Below, one piece after another: positions 22,101 to 32,236 of a DNA stretch of 64,000 nt. The notes under the pieces were generated by a model. That model searched no databases and was not told the DNA's origin. It saw only the letters and a program-made list of their open reading frames with translations. This stretch comes from Entomortierella parvispora E1425. Its lineage: Eukaryota; Fungi; Mortierellomycota. The position numbers were made by a program, and so were the translations under genes. Each line of letters opens with the position of its first letter. Position 1 is the first letter of the stretch. The stretch covers positions 1,302,001 to 1,366,000 of the forward strand of contig BQFW01000015.1 in the NCBI GenBank assembly GCA_020891255.1, written 5' to 3'.

Positions 22101-24254
22101 CTCGGTCACGGTCCAGTAGACTTATTCAGCAGAACCGGACAATTGCCCATGTATACCGATGACCCAGATCTAATTGCGAACGAGGCTCTGAATCTTTTGA
22201 GGTTCTTCAAGTTTGATGTACTTGATCTACGTGGTAAGATGTCTTATGATGGATTTTTTTTTCAGTCGACTTGGGTTGTCTTTCCTGGAGGAACTGAGAA
22301 TTTATTGTTCTAACCATGTCCGCCACGTCGCTTTTTCTTCCTGTTTTTAGGATTGGGCATTCAAGTGCTGAAGCTCAACAACGACGTGATCAATACAGTC
22401 TCCAAATCTGCGTTTTTGCCATACGAAAGCATGAACCAGACAACCCTCAGCTCTGCCATGTTTCAGCAGCAACCACAGCAACCACGGCCTCCCGCTGCTA
22501 CATCGGCATCGGCATCGGCGTCAGCCCCTGTGCTTCCAGCGACCCACTCTTCGAGGGCAACTAGTCCGAATGCAAGAGATGAGAGACATGTGGCAGAAGG
22601 TGACCAGGATGCTGGTGCAGGTCGTGACCGGAAGCCCAGGATGGATATCGACCAGGCGACATTTAACGAGCTTCCCCTCGATATTCAGGAGGATCTAGGT
22701 CGTCACCATGAGCTCGTATTTCTCAATAATGGTGTTGAATCTAGGAAGCAGCAGCCGCAACAGCAAGCTCGGGGTCAAGTGCTCAGTTCTCTGCCAGAAA
22801 TCCCTCAGGGCGAGGATCCCAATACAACTTTGCCAGCATGGTCGCAGGTCGATCCAGAGGACCTTATCTCCATGTCAACCCCAGCGATGAAGACCACTCT
22901 GCAACGGTATGCTGAGCGGAAAAGAAAGGAACCTCAAGAGACCCCAAGTACGCCGCCCAGGTCTTCTGCAAACAGAGTCAAGGTGCCGGGATTGCAATCT
23001 CCAGCCAAAGTAAGTTGTCAAAGATGTAGCAATGGCTAAATGTGTAGATTACGCATTAGTTGTCTTTACTAATAAGAGTGAACATTATGGGCATAGCTTG
23101 ATCAATCCGTCTTGGATGCGCTACCAGCAGACATTCGAGCTGAAATTGAACAGGAATATACCCGCAGTCTGGAGAACCACCAATTGATCCAAAAACTCGT
23201 CCAGGCAGAACCAGAGCAAGGGGGTATATCTTCAGGAGGCGACGTGAGCGACCGAGCAGGCCGTCTGCAGACAGAGCAGGGTCGCGCTGTTGCTACTGAG
23301 CCAACCTCAAATACCACCACTAGCAGCAGAGGCGCCCGAGGCACCCGAGGACGGACTCGAGGTCGACCCAAGAAACGAGGAGCAGCTGCCAACTCCACTT
23401 CAAGATCTTCTCGCGGGGGCGCAAGAGGAGGTGTAGATGAAGCTGAAACTGAGATTGGTGACGGAGATTTGCCCCAGATGGCCCCTGTCCCTGCGGTAGA
23501 TCCCAAGACGGCAAAGTCGACAGCGAGGACGACAGCGAGGACGACAGCGAGGACGACAGCGGCAGACAATAACGAGGAACCTGGACTGGATGCAGAGTTT
23601 TTAGCTGCGCTTCCACCCGATATTCGGGCCGAGATTGAGGCGACTCATAAGGTAGAGATGCTCAAGAATCGTCAAAGGGCGCAGGAAAAGAGAGAAAAGG
23701 CGGCACGGATGGACAGCACTGCTACCCGAAGCGCCGAATCTTTCGAGGGACACCACCATGGCCACATGGACTTTGGGAAATCCTCCAAGTCGGCGTCTGC
23801 GTTGGAGAAGCCCACACTTATGGGGCGACGAGAGATTGGCGAGCTTCGAGCCATGATCAGTGTTTGGGTAAAATCAACTCTGGTTTACAATGAGGAACCT
23901 CCAGGATCTGCGGCCGGTCCTTCGAGCAAAGGCGGCCATAATAGCGGCCCGTTGTTAGATGAAGGGCCCAACCCAGACGACGTTAAATCCTTTGCCGACT
24001 TTTTGACCCGCGTGATTGTGATGGAGCGCGACCTGGATCGGGTCCGGATGGTCCTGCGATGGTTGAAGAGAAGGGTCGAGGAGAATGAGCTGCTTGTGGC
24101 AGGGAAGGAGGACTTGGCGGAGGAGCAAAGGCAACTCTTGGAGCTACACAAGGTCATTGTCCTTTGCACCTGGAGACAGGCACTGAACCAGACGTTGTCG
24201 ACCATTTCCAAAGTCGTCTATCGTCTTTATGGTGGACGCTTTGTTCTTGACTGA
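19177..24254 (+). CDS. REV1: REV1 Y-family deoxycytidyl transferase; exons 19177-19283, 19364-19449, 19547-19573, 19675-19695, 19791-19857, 19940-20764, 20856-21963, 22059-22233, 22351-23009, 23097-24254
   Basis: BRCT (IFEGVIVYVNGYTDP...KPEWVVES), IMHVDFDCFFASV, CNYLARDFGVKNGM, SVDEA, UBM-like LPxDI repeats and a C-terminal domain; the model needs two GC-AG introns. Confidence 0.92.
23519..23563 (+). repeat. 12-bp coding tandem repeat (Thr-Ala-Arg-Thr) in REV1
   Basis: CGACAGCGAGGA x3 plus a partial unit, encoding STARTTARTTARTTAA. Confidence 0.85.
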
Positions 24255-24347
24255 GGAAAAGTGAAGTTCACAAGTCAATAAAAAGAAACAATTCTTTAGT
24301 TGCATTTTTTTTCTATTATTTGTGGATATTATTTTTATAAAAGTGAT

Positions 24348-24823
24348 CTAGTAGTGGAACGCGCCATGATCCTCCTCCTCCTCTACTTCTTCTTCCTCGT
24401 TGCCAATGACCACCAAACCATTGACGATCACATATGTGACCATGGCCAGGGTTCCAAACGTGACGGCATAAATCCGCTTGAGATCGAAATCCCGCTCCTC
24501 CTTTGACTTTTGGTGCTTTTCCTGTTCCGAAGCGGAGCCGTTGACATGGCCGTTGGCCGAGGCGGGGGCGGTCAAAAAGGTGTTCTTGAACCACTCCTTG
24601 GGGGCCGAGAAGGGGTTGGTGAAGAAGGGCGAGTTCTCGGTGGGCTCTGTCTTGTCGGGCAAGTTGGCAAAGAATTCTTCCCTGCAACGGTCACAGTAGG
24701 CCACCAGGCGTGGGAAATCCTCCTGAAGCATCTTTTGGAAATGAGGGTCGGGGAGTTCTGGGTAAAGTTGAAGAGCCAGGTGACCAAAGACCTTGGCATC
24801 CAATGTCGTGGGACTAATTGTAA

Positions 24824-24858
<35 letters not shown>

Positions 24859-25983
24859 AAAAATTAGAATTCTACATCCCCAATCCCCCTTTTGCCTTGC
24901 AAGCAGCCTTCATGTCTTTCATTTATTGTTTACCGAACGCCAAAGAAAAAGTCATTGTCTCCCAATTTCCGGTCCAAGACGCGGTAGCAATCTCTGGCCA
25001 AAGCATACACCTATCAGGGACAAAAAACCCATTTGCGTATTAGACCCTCCGTGCCATTCCATGTTCTTTTGGTCTTCCTGCTGTCTCTCTGCAGACTGCT
25101 CGAGACAGTATCGGTAAATGTGGGTTTACCTTGGAATCAGTGGTATCGGTCATAATGCCAGACTCAACGCGTCCTCCATACTTGCGGACGCGTTGCACGG
25201 CTGCCTTACGAATCTGAATAGGCAAGAAATAGCGAGAAGGGAACGAGAAGAGGTTCGAGTAGGCTTTGCAAGTCGCGCCCAAAAAGTTTTCTGCGATAGC
25301 GAACCATGAGAAAAGCTATTTTCCAGATGATAAAAAAAAAAAAAAAAGAATAAGTCACTCTTGTTCTTCCAGCAAGTATCCAGCAAGTATCCAGCGCCTG
25401 TACAATCATTCCAGCTTGAGCTTGGTCATACCAAAGCATCCGTCAAGGATTCGTCGACAAGAGATCCATAGGCGACAGACTTTGCGATTTCCTCCGTGGA
25501 CAAGTGCTCGTTCGCGTTGTATCCCTGTTGGATCGGAAAGACAAAAGAGTAAGAAAGAAAGGGGTGGCGCGTTTTCTTTCGGTTAGTTTCTGTTCTTCCT
25601 CTTTTTCCTGCAAGAACGTTGCAACAGCAGCCCTTTTTGTGTCACATGCCGTTTTGGAAAGGTAAGCAATGATCCTGTTGGTTCCCGAGATCCAGTTCTT
25701 GCCGTGATGAAGCATGGGCAATTCACCTATCACGATTAGAATGACAAAAAAAAAAAAACTTGTCGTTAGGGCAATTGCTGGGCTAATCCTCTGTTTTCCG
25801 TGTGCTTTTCTTTCCAGACAAGACTGGCGTACCAGTGGGCGAGACACCGGTATCGTTGCATTCGACGATGGTGTACTCTTGATGGGAGACGATGCTCATG
25901 TAGGAGATCAAGGCGAGACACTGGGGGTCGATCGAGGGCAGGCCAAAGGCGCCTCCAAAGACGTAAAGTTCAGCAGCGGGCAT
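24348..25983 (-). CDS. SAM37: Metaxin-1/SAM37-like mitochondrial outer-membrane protein; 6 exons, intron 2 (25649-25525) is GC-AG
   Basis: LYVFGGAFGLPSIDPQCLA, GELPML, GYNANEHLS, FFFGVRPTTLDAKVFGHLAL (GST-like fold motifs) and a C-terminal TM segment IYAVTFGTLAMVTYVIVNGLVVI. Confidence 0.88.
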
Positions 25984-26220
25984 GGTCGAGTCTGCAGTGG
26001 TGGGGATGAGGGGGCGATCCGAGAGCGATCCTGAAAGGGGCGGACAAAGAAGGGACAAGGATGGATGGATGAATGAATCGACAGACGAACAAAGGAAGCC
26101 GAATGGTCCTCAACGGACCGAGATCTGTGGGGGAGGACAGGACCGGGACAAAGTCACATTTCCTTTTGGAGACTATTGTTTATTCTAGATTTTTTACATT
26201 TTATTCTTTAGGGGCAATTC

Positions 26221-26795
26221 TCAAACGGACATGACCATGTCGATCTTCTTGTGTGGCCTGTATCCCTCCAGAACAAAGTCCTCGAACCTAAAGTCGTCAA
26301 TGCTCTTGATCTCCCGCTTGGTAGTTGTCGTCGTCGTCGATCCATCCTCGGCCTGCTGCTCCGTCTTTTGCTCTGGGCGGATAAACAGCGTGGGGAAGGC
26401 TCGGGGCTCGCGTTCAAGCTGAACCTGGAGGGCGTCCAGATGATCCAAGTAGATATGAGCATCTCCCATGGTGTGAATAAACTCGCCACAGTCCAGATCC
26501 GTTACATGGGCAATCATCTTTGTCAAGAGCGCATACGACGCAATGTTGAAGGGCACGCCCAAACCCATGTCGCAGGACCGTTGGTAAAGCTGGCAAGAGA
26601 GCTTGGCGCGAGGCTGAGCCTCTGTAGGGCTGGAGACGTAGAACTGACAGAACATATGACAAGGAGGAAGCGCCATCTTTCCGAGATCTATTTTTTCAAG
26701 TAGAAGAGAGAAACGACTCTTTCGGTCAGTGGAGGAATGATGACTGCGGAGAAGAAAAAGAAAAGGGCCATAGAGACACTTGTCTTTGCGCTTGC

Positions 26796-26830
<35 letters not shown>

Positions 26831-27379
26831 TCTATTTTTCTTACCAGCTGGGTTCCAGGCACTCATGATGATGCGTCTGTCTGTGGGGTTGTTCTTGATC
26901 TTGTAGATGACTTCTGCGAGCTGATCGACGCCCTGGCCCGTGTAATCCGTGTCACAGTCCTTGTACTCGGCTCCAAAGTGTCTCCACTGGAATCCATAGA
27001 CGGGGCCAAGATCGCCCACCTTGCGATGACCGAGTCCAACCTTGTCCAGGTACTCGCGCGAGCCATTGCCTTCCCAGATGTTGATGCCCTTTTCGGACAG
27101 GTGCAGTCCGTTCGTGTCACCCTTGACGAACCAGAGCAGTTCCTCGACGACGGCACGGTAAAAGACGCGCTTGGTGGTCAGAAGGGGGAAGACGTCGTCC
27201 TCAAGAGAGAAGCGCATGGCGGGGGGTGCAAAGATGGAACGGGTGCCGGTGCCGGTGCGGTCGTCGCGGTGCTCACCATGGTCAATGATGTGGCGAATCA
27301 TGTTCAGGTACTGATGCTCTTCATGCTGATCAGCAGCTCTCCAAGGATGGATCGATGGGGTAAATGTAGGCGAGACCAT
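26221..27379 (-). CDS. CDC21: Thymidylate synthase; exons 27379-26845, 26687-26221
   Basis: [37 protein letters not shown] (catalytic Cys), [21 protein letters not shown]. Confidence 0.98.
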
Positions 27380-27601
27380 GATGCTAAAAACAGGATGGAA
27401 GGAGACAAGGAGTGAATGAGGGGGGGTAGGGGTTAGGACGAAAGAAAACAAGGAAAGGAGAAAAGAAAAAAAAAAAAAAAAAAAAAAAAGGAAGAGGGAA
27501 TGGCAGAATGCCAGGCAATCAGCCTCAGTCAAGAACAGAAAAAAAATAAATTAAAAAAAAAAAAAAAAAATCACGGCGGCGCGCTCGAAGGGGATGAATG
27601 G

Positions 27602-27607
27602 ACGCGT
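27602..27607. promoter_or_regulatory. MCB-like element ACGCGT upstream of thymidylate synthase
   Basis: MluI cell-cycle box sequence about 220 nt upstream of ATG 27379; a hexamer, so it may be chance. Confidence 0.35.
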
Positions 27608-27769
27608 CGGACTTGTTTTGTTTTTGTGTGTGTTGACTTGCAGGGCCAGTCACTTAGACTTGGGCAAGAAGGAAAGAGGGAAAGAGGGAAAGAGGGAAAG
27701 AAGGAAAGAAGGAGGACTGAGAGTCGACTCACTCCACACTCGTCTCTACATACTCTACTCTCCATAGAC

Positions 27770-27823
27770 ACGACTACGACTACGACTACGACTACGACTA
27801 CGACTACGACCACGACGACGACC
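27770..27823. repeat. (ACGACT)n hexamer array
   Basis: 6 perfect units plus ACGACC, ACGACG, ACGACC in the TYMS/ALDH divergent intergenic region. Confidence 0.95.
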
Positions 27824-28394
27824 ACTTTGGTGGTGTGTGAAAAGGAAAAGGTCGAGCCACCAGTGGATGCGACACAGTCCGACACAGAGGGTGTCCGTCC
27901 ATCCAGTGCAAGCACACACCGAGAGAGAGAGAGGGAGAGAGAGAGAGAGAAAAGAAGAAGAAAAGGAAAAAAAAAAAAGAAAAAAAGCGCGTCGCACACC
28001 TCCGATGATGGCACACATGCACACTTGCAGTGGAACACACGCACACAAAACAAAACGATCGGTGCGGTGATTCTTTCCTTCACTTCACTTCACTTCACCA
28101 TCAACCATCAGAGCCCTGTCTCCCACTCTGATGATTTTAGCTCTTTTTCTCTCTTCCCTTTCCCTTTCCCCTTTCCCTTTCCCTTCTTCCCTTCCCTTCT
28201 CCACTTCATATTTCTTTGGCTCTCTTTCTTCTTTTCTTTACCTTTTCTTTACTTCCCTCTGCAGTCCATCCCTCTCTATCCTCTCTATCCTCTCTTGACC
28301 CTCGAACCCTTTGGCTCGTTGATTGCTACAGCTTCCTTCCTTCCCTTCCTTCCCTTCCTCTTCTCTCTTCTCTCTTCACCCCCCCCCCCCCCCT

Positions 28395-28403
<9 letters not shown>

Positions 28404-28441
<38 letters not shown>
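28404..28441. repeat. (CT)n microsatellite directly upstream of the ALDH start
   Basis: Long CT dinucleotide run ending 5 nt before ATG 28446. Confidence 0.9.
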
Positions 28442-28443
<2 letters not shown>

Positions 28444-28445
28444 CA

Positions 28446-31400
28446 ATGTCTCTTACCTACACCCCCGCCGCCGACATTCCAAAGGTACCCAATGGCTCTC
28501 CTTCTTACCTCTTCTCTCTCTCAACGACATGCTCATTCTCTTTCCTGCAATGTCAACACCCCCTACTTCCCTCTCTAATGCAACCTCTCATTCATTCTCG
28601 CCATCCAGATTATTCAAGGTCTTCGCTCCGCCTTCAACGCTGGCATCACCAGGTCCTTGGACTACCGCAAGCAGCAGCTCCGAGGCATGTACAACATGTT
28701 GGCCGATAACGATGCTGCGATCCGCGACGCCGTCTTTCGCGATCTGCACAAGCCCCCAGCAGAGCTGATGATCGGTGAATCCGGCATGGTCAAGCAAGAG
28801 TGCATTGATGCCATCAAGAACTTGGAAAAGTGGGCCGCTAACCGATCCGTCAAGACGGGGATCGTGAACAAGTTTGATAATGTTCACATCCGAAAGGATC
28901 CTCTCGGTATGGTCCTGATCATTGGTGCCTGGAACTACCCCTTGAACCTGTTGTTGGCCCCGGCTGTGGGTGCCATTGCCGCCGGTAACACGGTCCTGTT
29001 AAAGCCCTCGGAGGTGGCGCCCAACACCGCGGCTCTGTTGACCAAGCTCTTGCCCTCGTACTTGGACCAGCGCGCGTACAGGATCATCAATGGTGCGGCC
29101 GACGAGACCACGTTGCTGTTGGAGCATAAATTTGACCACATCTTTTACACTGGCAGTGGACATGTGGGAAAGATCATCATGGGGGCCGCCGCAAAGCAAT
29201 TGACGCCCGTGACACTGGAGCTTGGAGGAAAGAGGTAAGTAAGCGCTCACAAGCGCCATATGGGAACTTGTTTGTCGTCATTTCTTTGTTTTTTCTTGAT
29301 CCGCACCCACATTTGGCGTGTATTTTACTCGTTTCTCCACAGTTCCGGTTTGTATTGTTTTTTGAATTTATCGTTCATGAAGATCATTCCTCCGTTTTCT
29401 CCTTGGTTTTTTTCATAATGGGCGCGGTTCGGGTAATTTGACGAGCTTGGAGAAAAGAAGAAAAAAGCCATGTGGACCGTTGTGCACAGAGAGAGAGTGA
29501 ATGAATGGCAGACAACAATCTTGTTACTCAAACGAAACTGGGTTGTTGCAGCGAGCTGGGATTTTTTTTTATGGTTCGGTGCTTTCTGCTTACACTCTGA
29601 GAATGATCACCTCCTCTCCCCAATTTGCTCTCGGACTCTTCACATGCAATACCTAATTTTTTCAGTGCCTAAATGTCTTGCTCTCTTTTTCTCTTCCTGT
29701 CTTGAAGCGACGGGGAATCTGGATTTTTGTCATGTTCTTGTTCTGAAGGTTCTGACCTACTACAATATGGCTCGAACGATAACGATGGCTCAGCAGGTTA
29801 AACCCTCCTCTCTCGTTTTTTTTACGATTTGACATCATCCCCAGTTCTTTTCTTTTTCACTACCAATTGCGCCATTCATAAAGTCGCTTATGACTAAGGC
29901 CAATTGCCATTCTTGGTGGACGGGTCCCAATTGTTCACACCCTTTTTTTGTTTTCCCTTCGTTTTCAACGTTGCTGAAAGCGTTGGCCGTTACTGGTGCG
30001 GTCACGCAGTCAAACCACGTTTCACAACAAACACACACCCAAACACACGCACAAAAAAAAAGCTTGCATTTATTGTCGTGTCCCTGAAGGTGGAGAGGGA
30101 ATATTGTAGAGAGGGTGGGATGAACAGGGACGAAAAAAACAAAGTGCAAAACAGTACCCTCTAAAGAGTAAAAGAGTGTTTTGGTGACACCAAGGTTTGG
30201 TGAATGGCTTAACGTTTTTCAGAGCCCAATGATGCCACACGCTCTCTTTCCTTTTTTTCTTTCTTTCAACGTTCATTTTTCATTTTTCCGAGTCTGACCT
30301 TGGACAAGTCTGAACCTTGGATAGAATGATGACTAAGAACACTAACCACGCTTTTTCTTTACTATAAAAAAAAAATAGTCCCGCATTCATCTCGCGTGAT
30401 GTGGACGTGGCCATCACGGCTCGTCGATTGGCGTTTGGCAAGTTCTTCAACTGCGGTCAGACCTGTATCGCGCCCGATTATTTGATTGTCGAGCGTGGAA
30501 TTGAAGACAAGTTGATCGAGGCCTTCAAGAGCTCGATCCAAGAGTTTTATGGCGGTTCCGCTCAGACCTCGTCCTCGTACGGTCGTATTGTGAACAAGAA
30601 CCATTTCTTGCGCCTCAAGGCCCTCTTGGACGCCACGCAGGGCAAAGTGGTGATGGGTGGACAGATGGATGAGGACGATCTGTTCATTGCCCCCACGTTG
30701 GTCTCAGGCGTGGACAAGACGGACAAGTTGATGGAGGGCGAAATCTTTGGACCCATCTTGCCCATGATGATTGTCGATCGGTTGGTCGAGGGTGTCAAGT
30801 ATGTGAACCAGCACGATCAGCCCTTGGCTCTTTACGTCTTTTCCAAGAACAAGAAGGCCATTGACTACATCTTGGACCATACCCGTTCCGGAGGCGTCGT
30901 CGTCAACGATGCCTTGGTTCATTTCATTGTCTCCAATTTGCCTTTTGGTGGCACTGGACCCTCCGGTATCGGCAACTACCATGGCAAGCGCTCCTTTGAT
31001 TGCTTTTCGCACGAGCGCAGTGCCCTGATCAAGTCCATGGGCATGGAAAAGCTCAACGATCTCAGATACCCTGTAAGTCATTGATTTTGAAAAAATAAGA
31101 AAAATGTTGGCGAATCGACATCTCGCTCACTCTCATTCTTTTTTCCGCCCCCTCTCGCCCTCCTAGCCCTATACCGAGAAAAAGACCCGCTGGTTGGACT
31201 GGTTCCTCTTTGACAAGGCCAGCTTCTCTGGCAACGGTGCGAATGGTAATGAAAACAGTAGTAGTGGCAGCAGTGGCAGCGACGGCAAAGGCAGGGGCAA
31301 AGGAAAGGCCAACCACCTTGACCGTTCTGCCACCTCGACCTCTGCAGGCCGTCGCTTGCCCTCTTTGACATCTTCCTCTTCATCTGCTGCTTCTAACCCG

Positions 31401-31568
31401 AACGCTCGCATTTCCTCGCCAGCCCTCCCAGAATCGAACGGCCATGCCAACGGTCATAGCTCTTCAAAGTCCGAGAACGGCAGGATCGCCCATGCTCCCT
31501 CGGCCTCGGCTTCTTCCGCCACCCCCACCGAGCCCGTCCCCGCTCTGCCCTCCACCTCTGCTGTTTAA
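28446..31568 (+). CDS. Class-3 (fatty/aromatic) aldehyde dehydrogenase; exons 28446-28484, 28609-29234, 30380-31072, 31167-31568
   Basis: IIGAWNYP, KPSE, FYTGSGHVG, LELGGK|SP across a 1145-nt intron, GQTCIAPDY (catalytic Cys), EIFGP, PFGGTGPSGIGNYHG. Confidence 0.93.
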
Positions 31569-32236
31569 AAAAAAAACTCGCGCAGCACACAAACACCTGA
31601 CGAGGAAAACAAAAAGAAAAGAGAACGATCAACGATGCAGGTTCCTCAATGCTCCGCTCCTTTCCCCCCATTTTTTTTTCGCTTCCTGACATTCAGGTCT
31701 TCAATGTGGATCGCGACTTTTAAAAAGTCCTTATCAACTTTTTTTTCTACTCTTTTTATCTCCCCCTCTATATCTATCTCCCTTATCGTTATCGAGAACA
31801 TCAACACAAAATAATAAAGATTCTCCTGATACCCACATCCTCCATGCCTCCATAGTCAGATTTTTCTTAGAAACAATCAAATGCAGTGCCAATGGAAAAA
31901 AGTTGGTTTTTTTTTCTGTGAAAAATAAATGCAAGTTTTTTTTAATAATAATAATGATGGTTGATGAAAACGAAAACCCTAACAAAAATCTACAAGAACA
32001 CCCAAGCGATGAAAAATAATAATAACAACAGTGATAAAGAGGGAGAGGTGGGAATATCTGAACGAATGATTTTTTTTTTTCTGGAAAACCCCTTTGACCA
32101 TTGGGAGTGGAGGGAGGTTCTTCCTTTCGCTTTCTCTTTCCCTTCACAAAAAGAGTCCACAAAAAAGAAGAGAGTCAACGGTCTCGAGGTTCCTGAAAAA
32201 TAATGTCGATTTACAAGAAAATAATGTTCAGATCCT

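Noticed and set aside
27500-28768. 422-aa ORF and similar low-complexity ORFs (42178-42634, 48988-50943 5' part, 50262-51029)
   Set aside because: Artefacts of microsatellite and polypyrimidine tracts that lack stop codons
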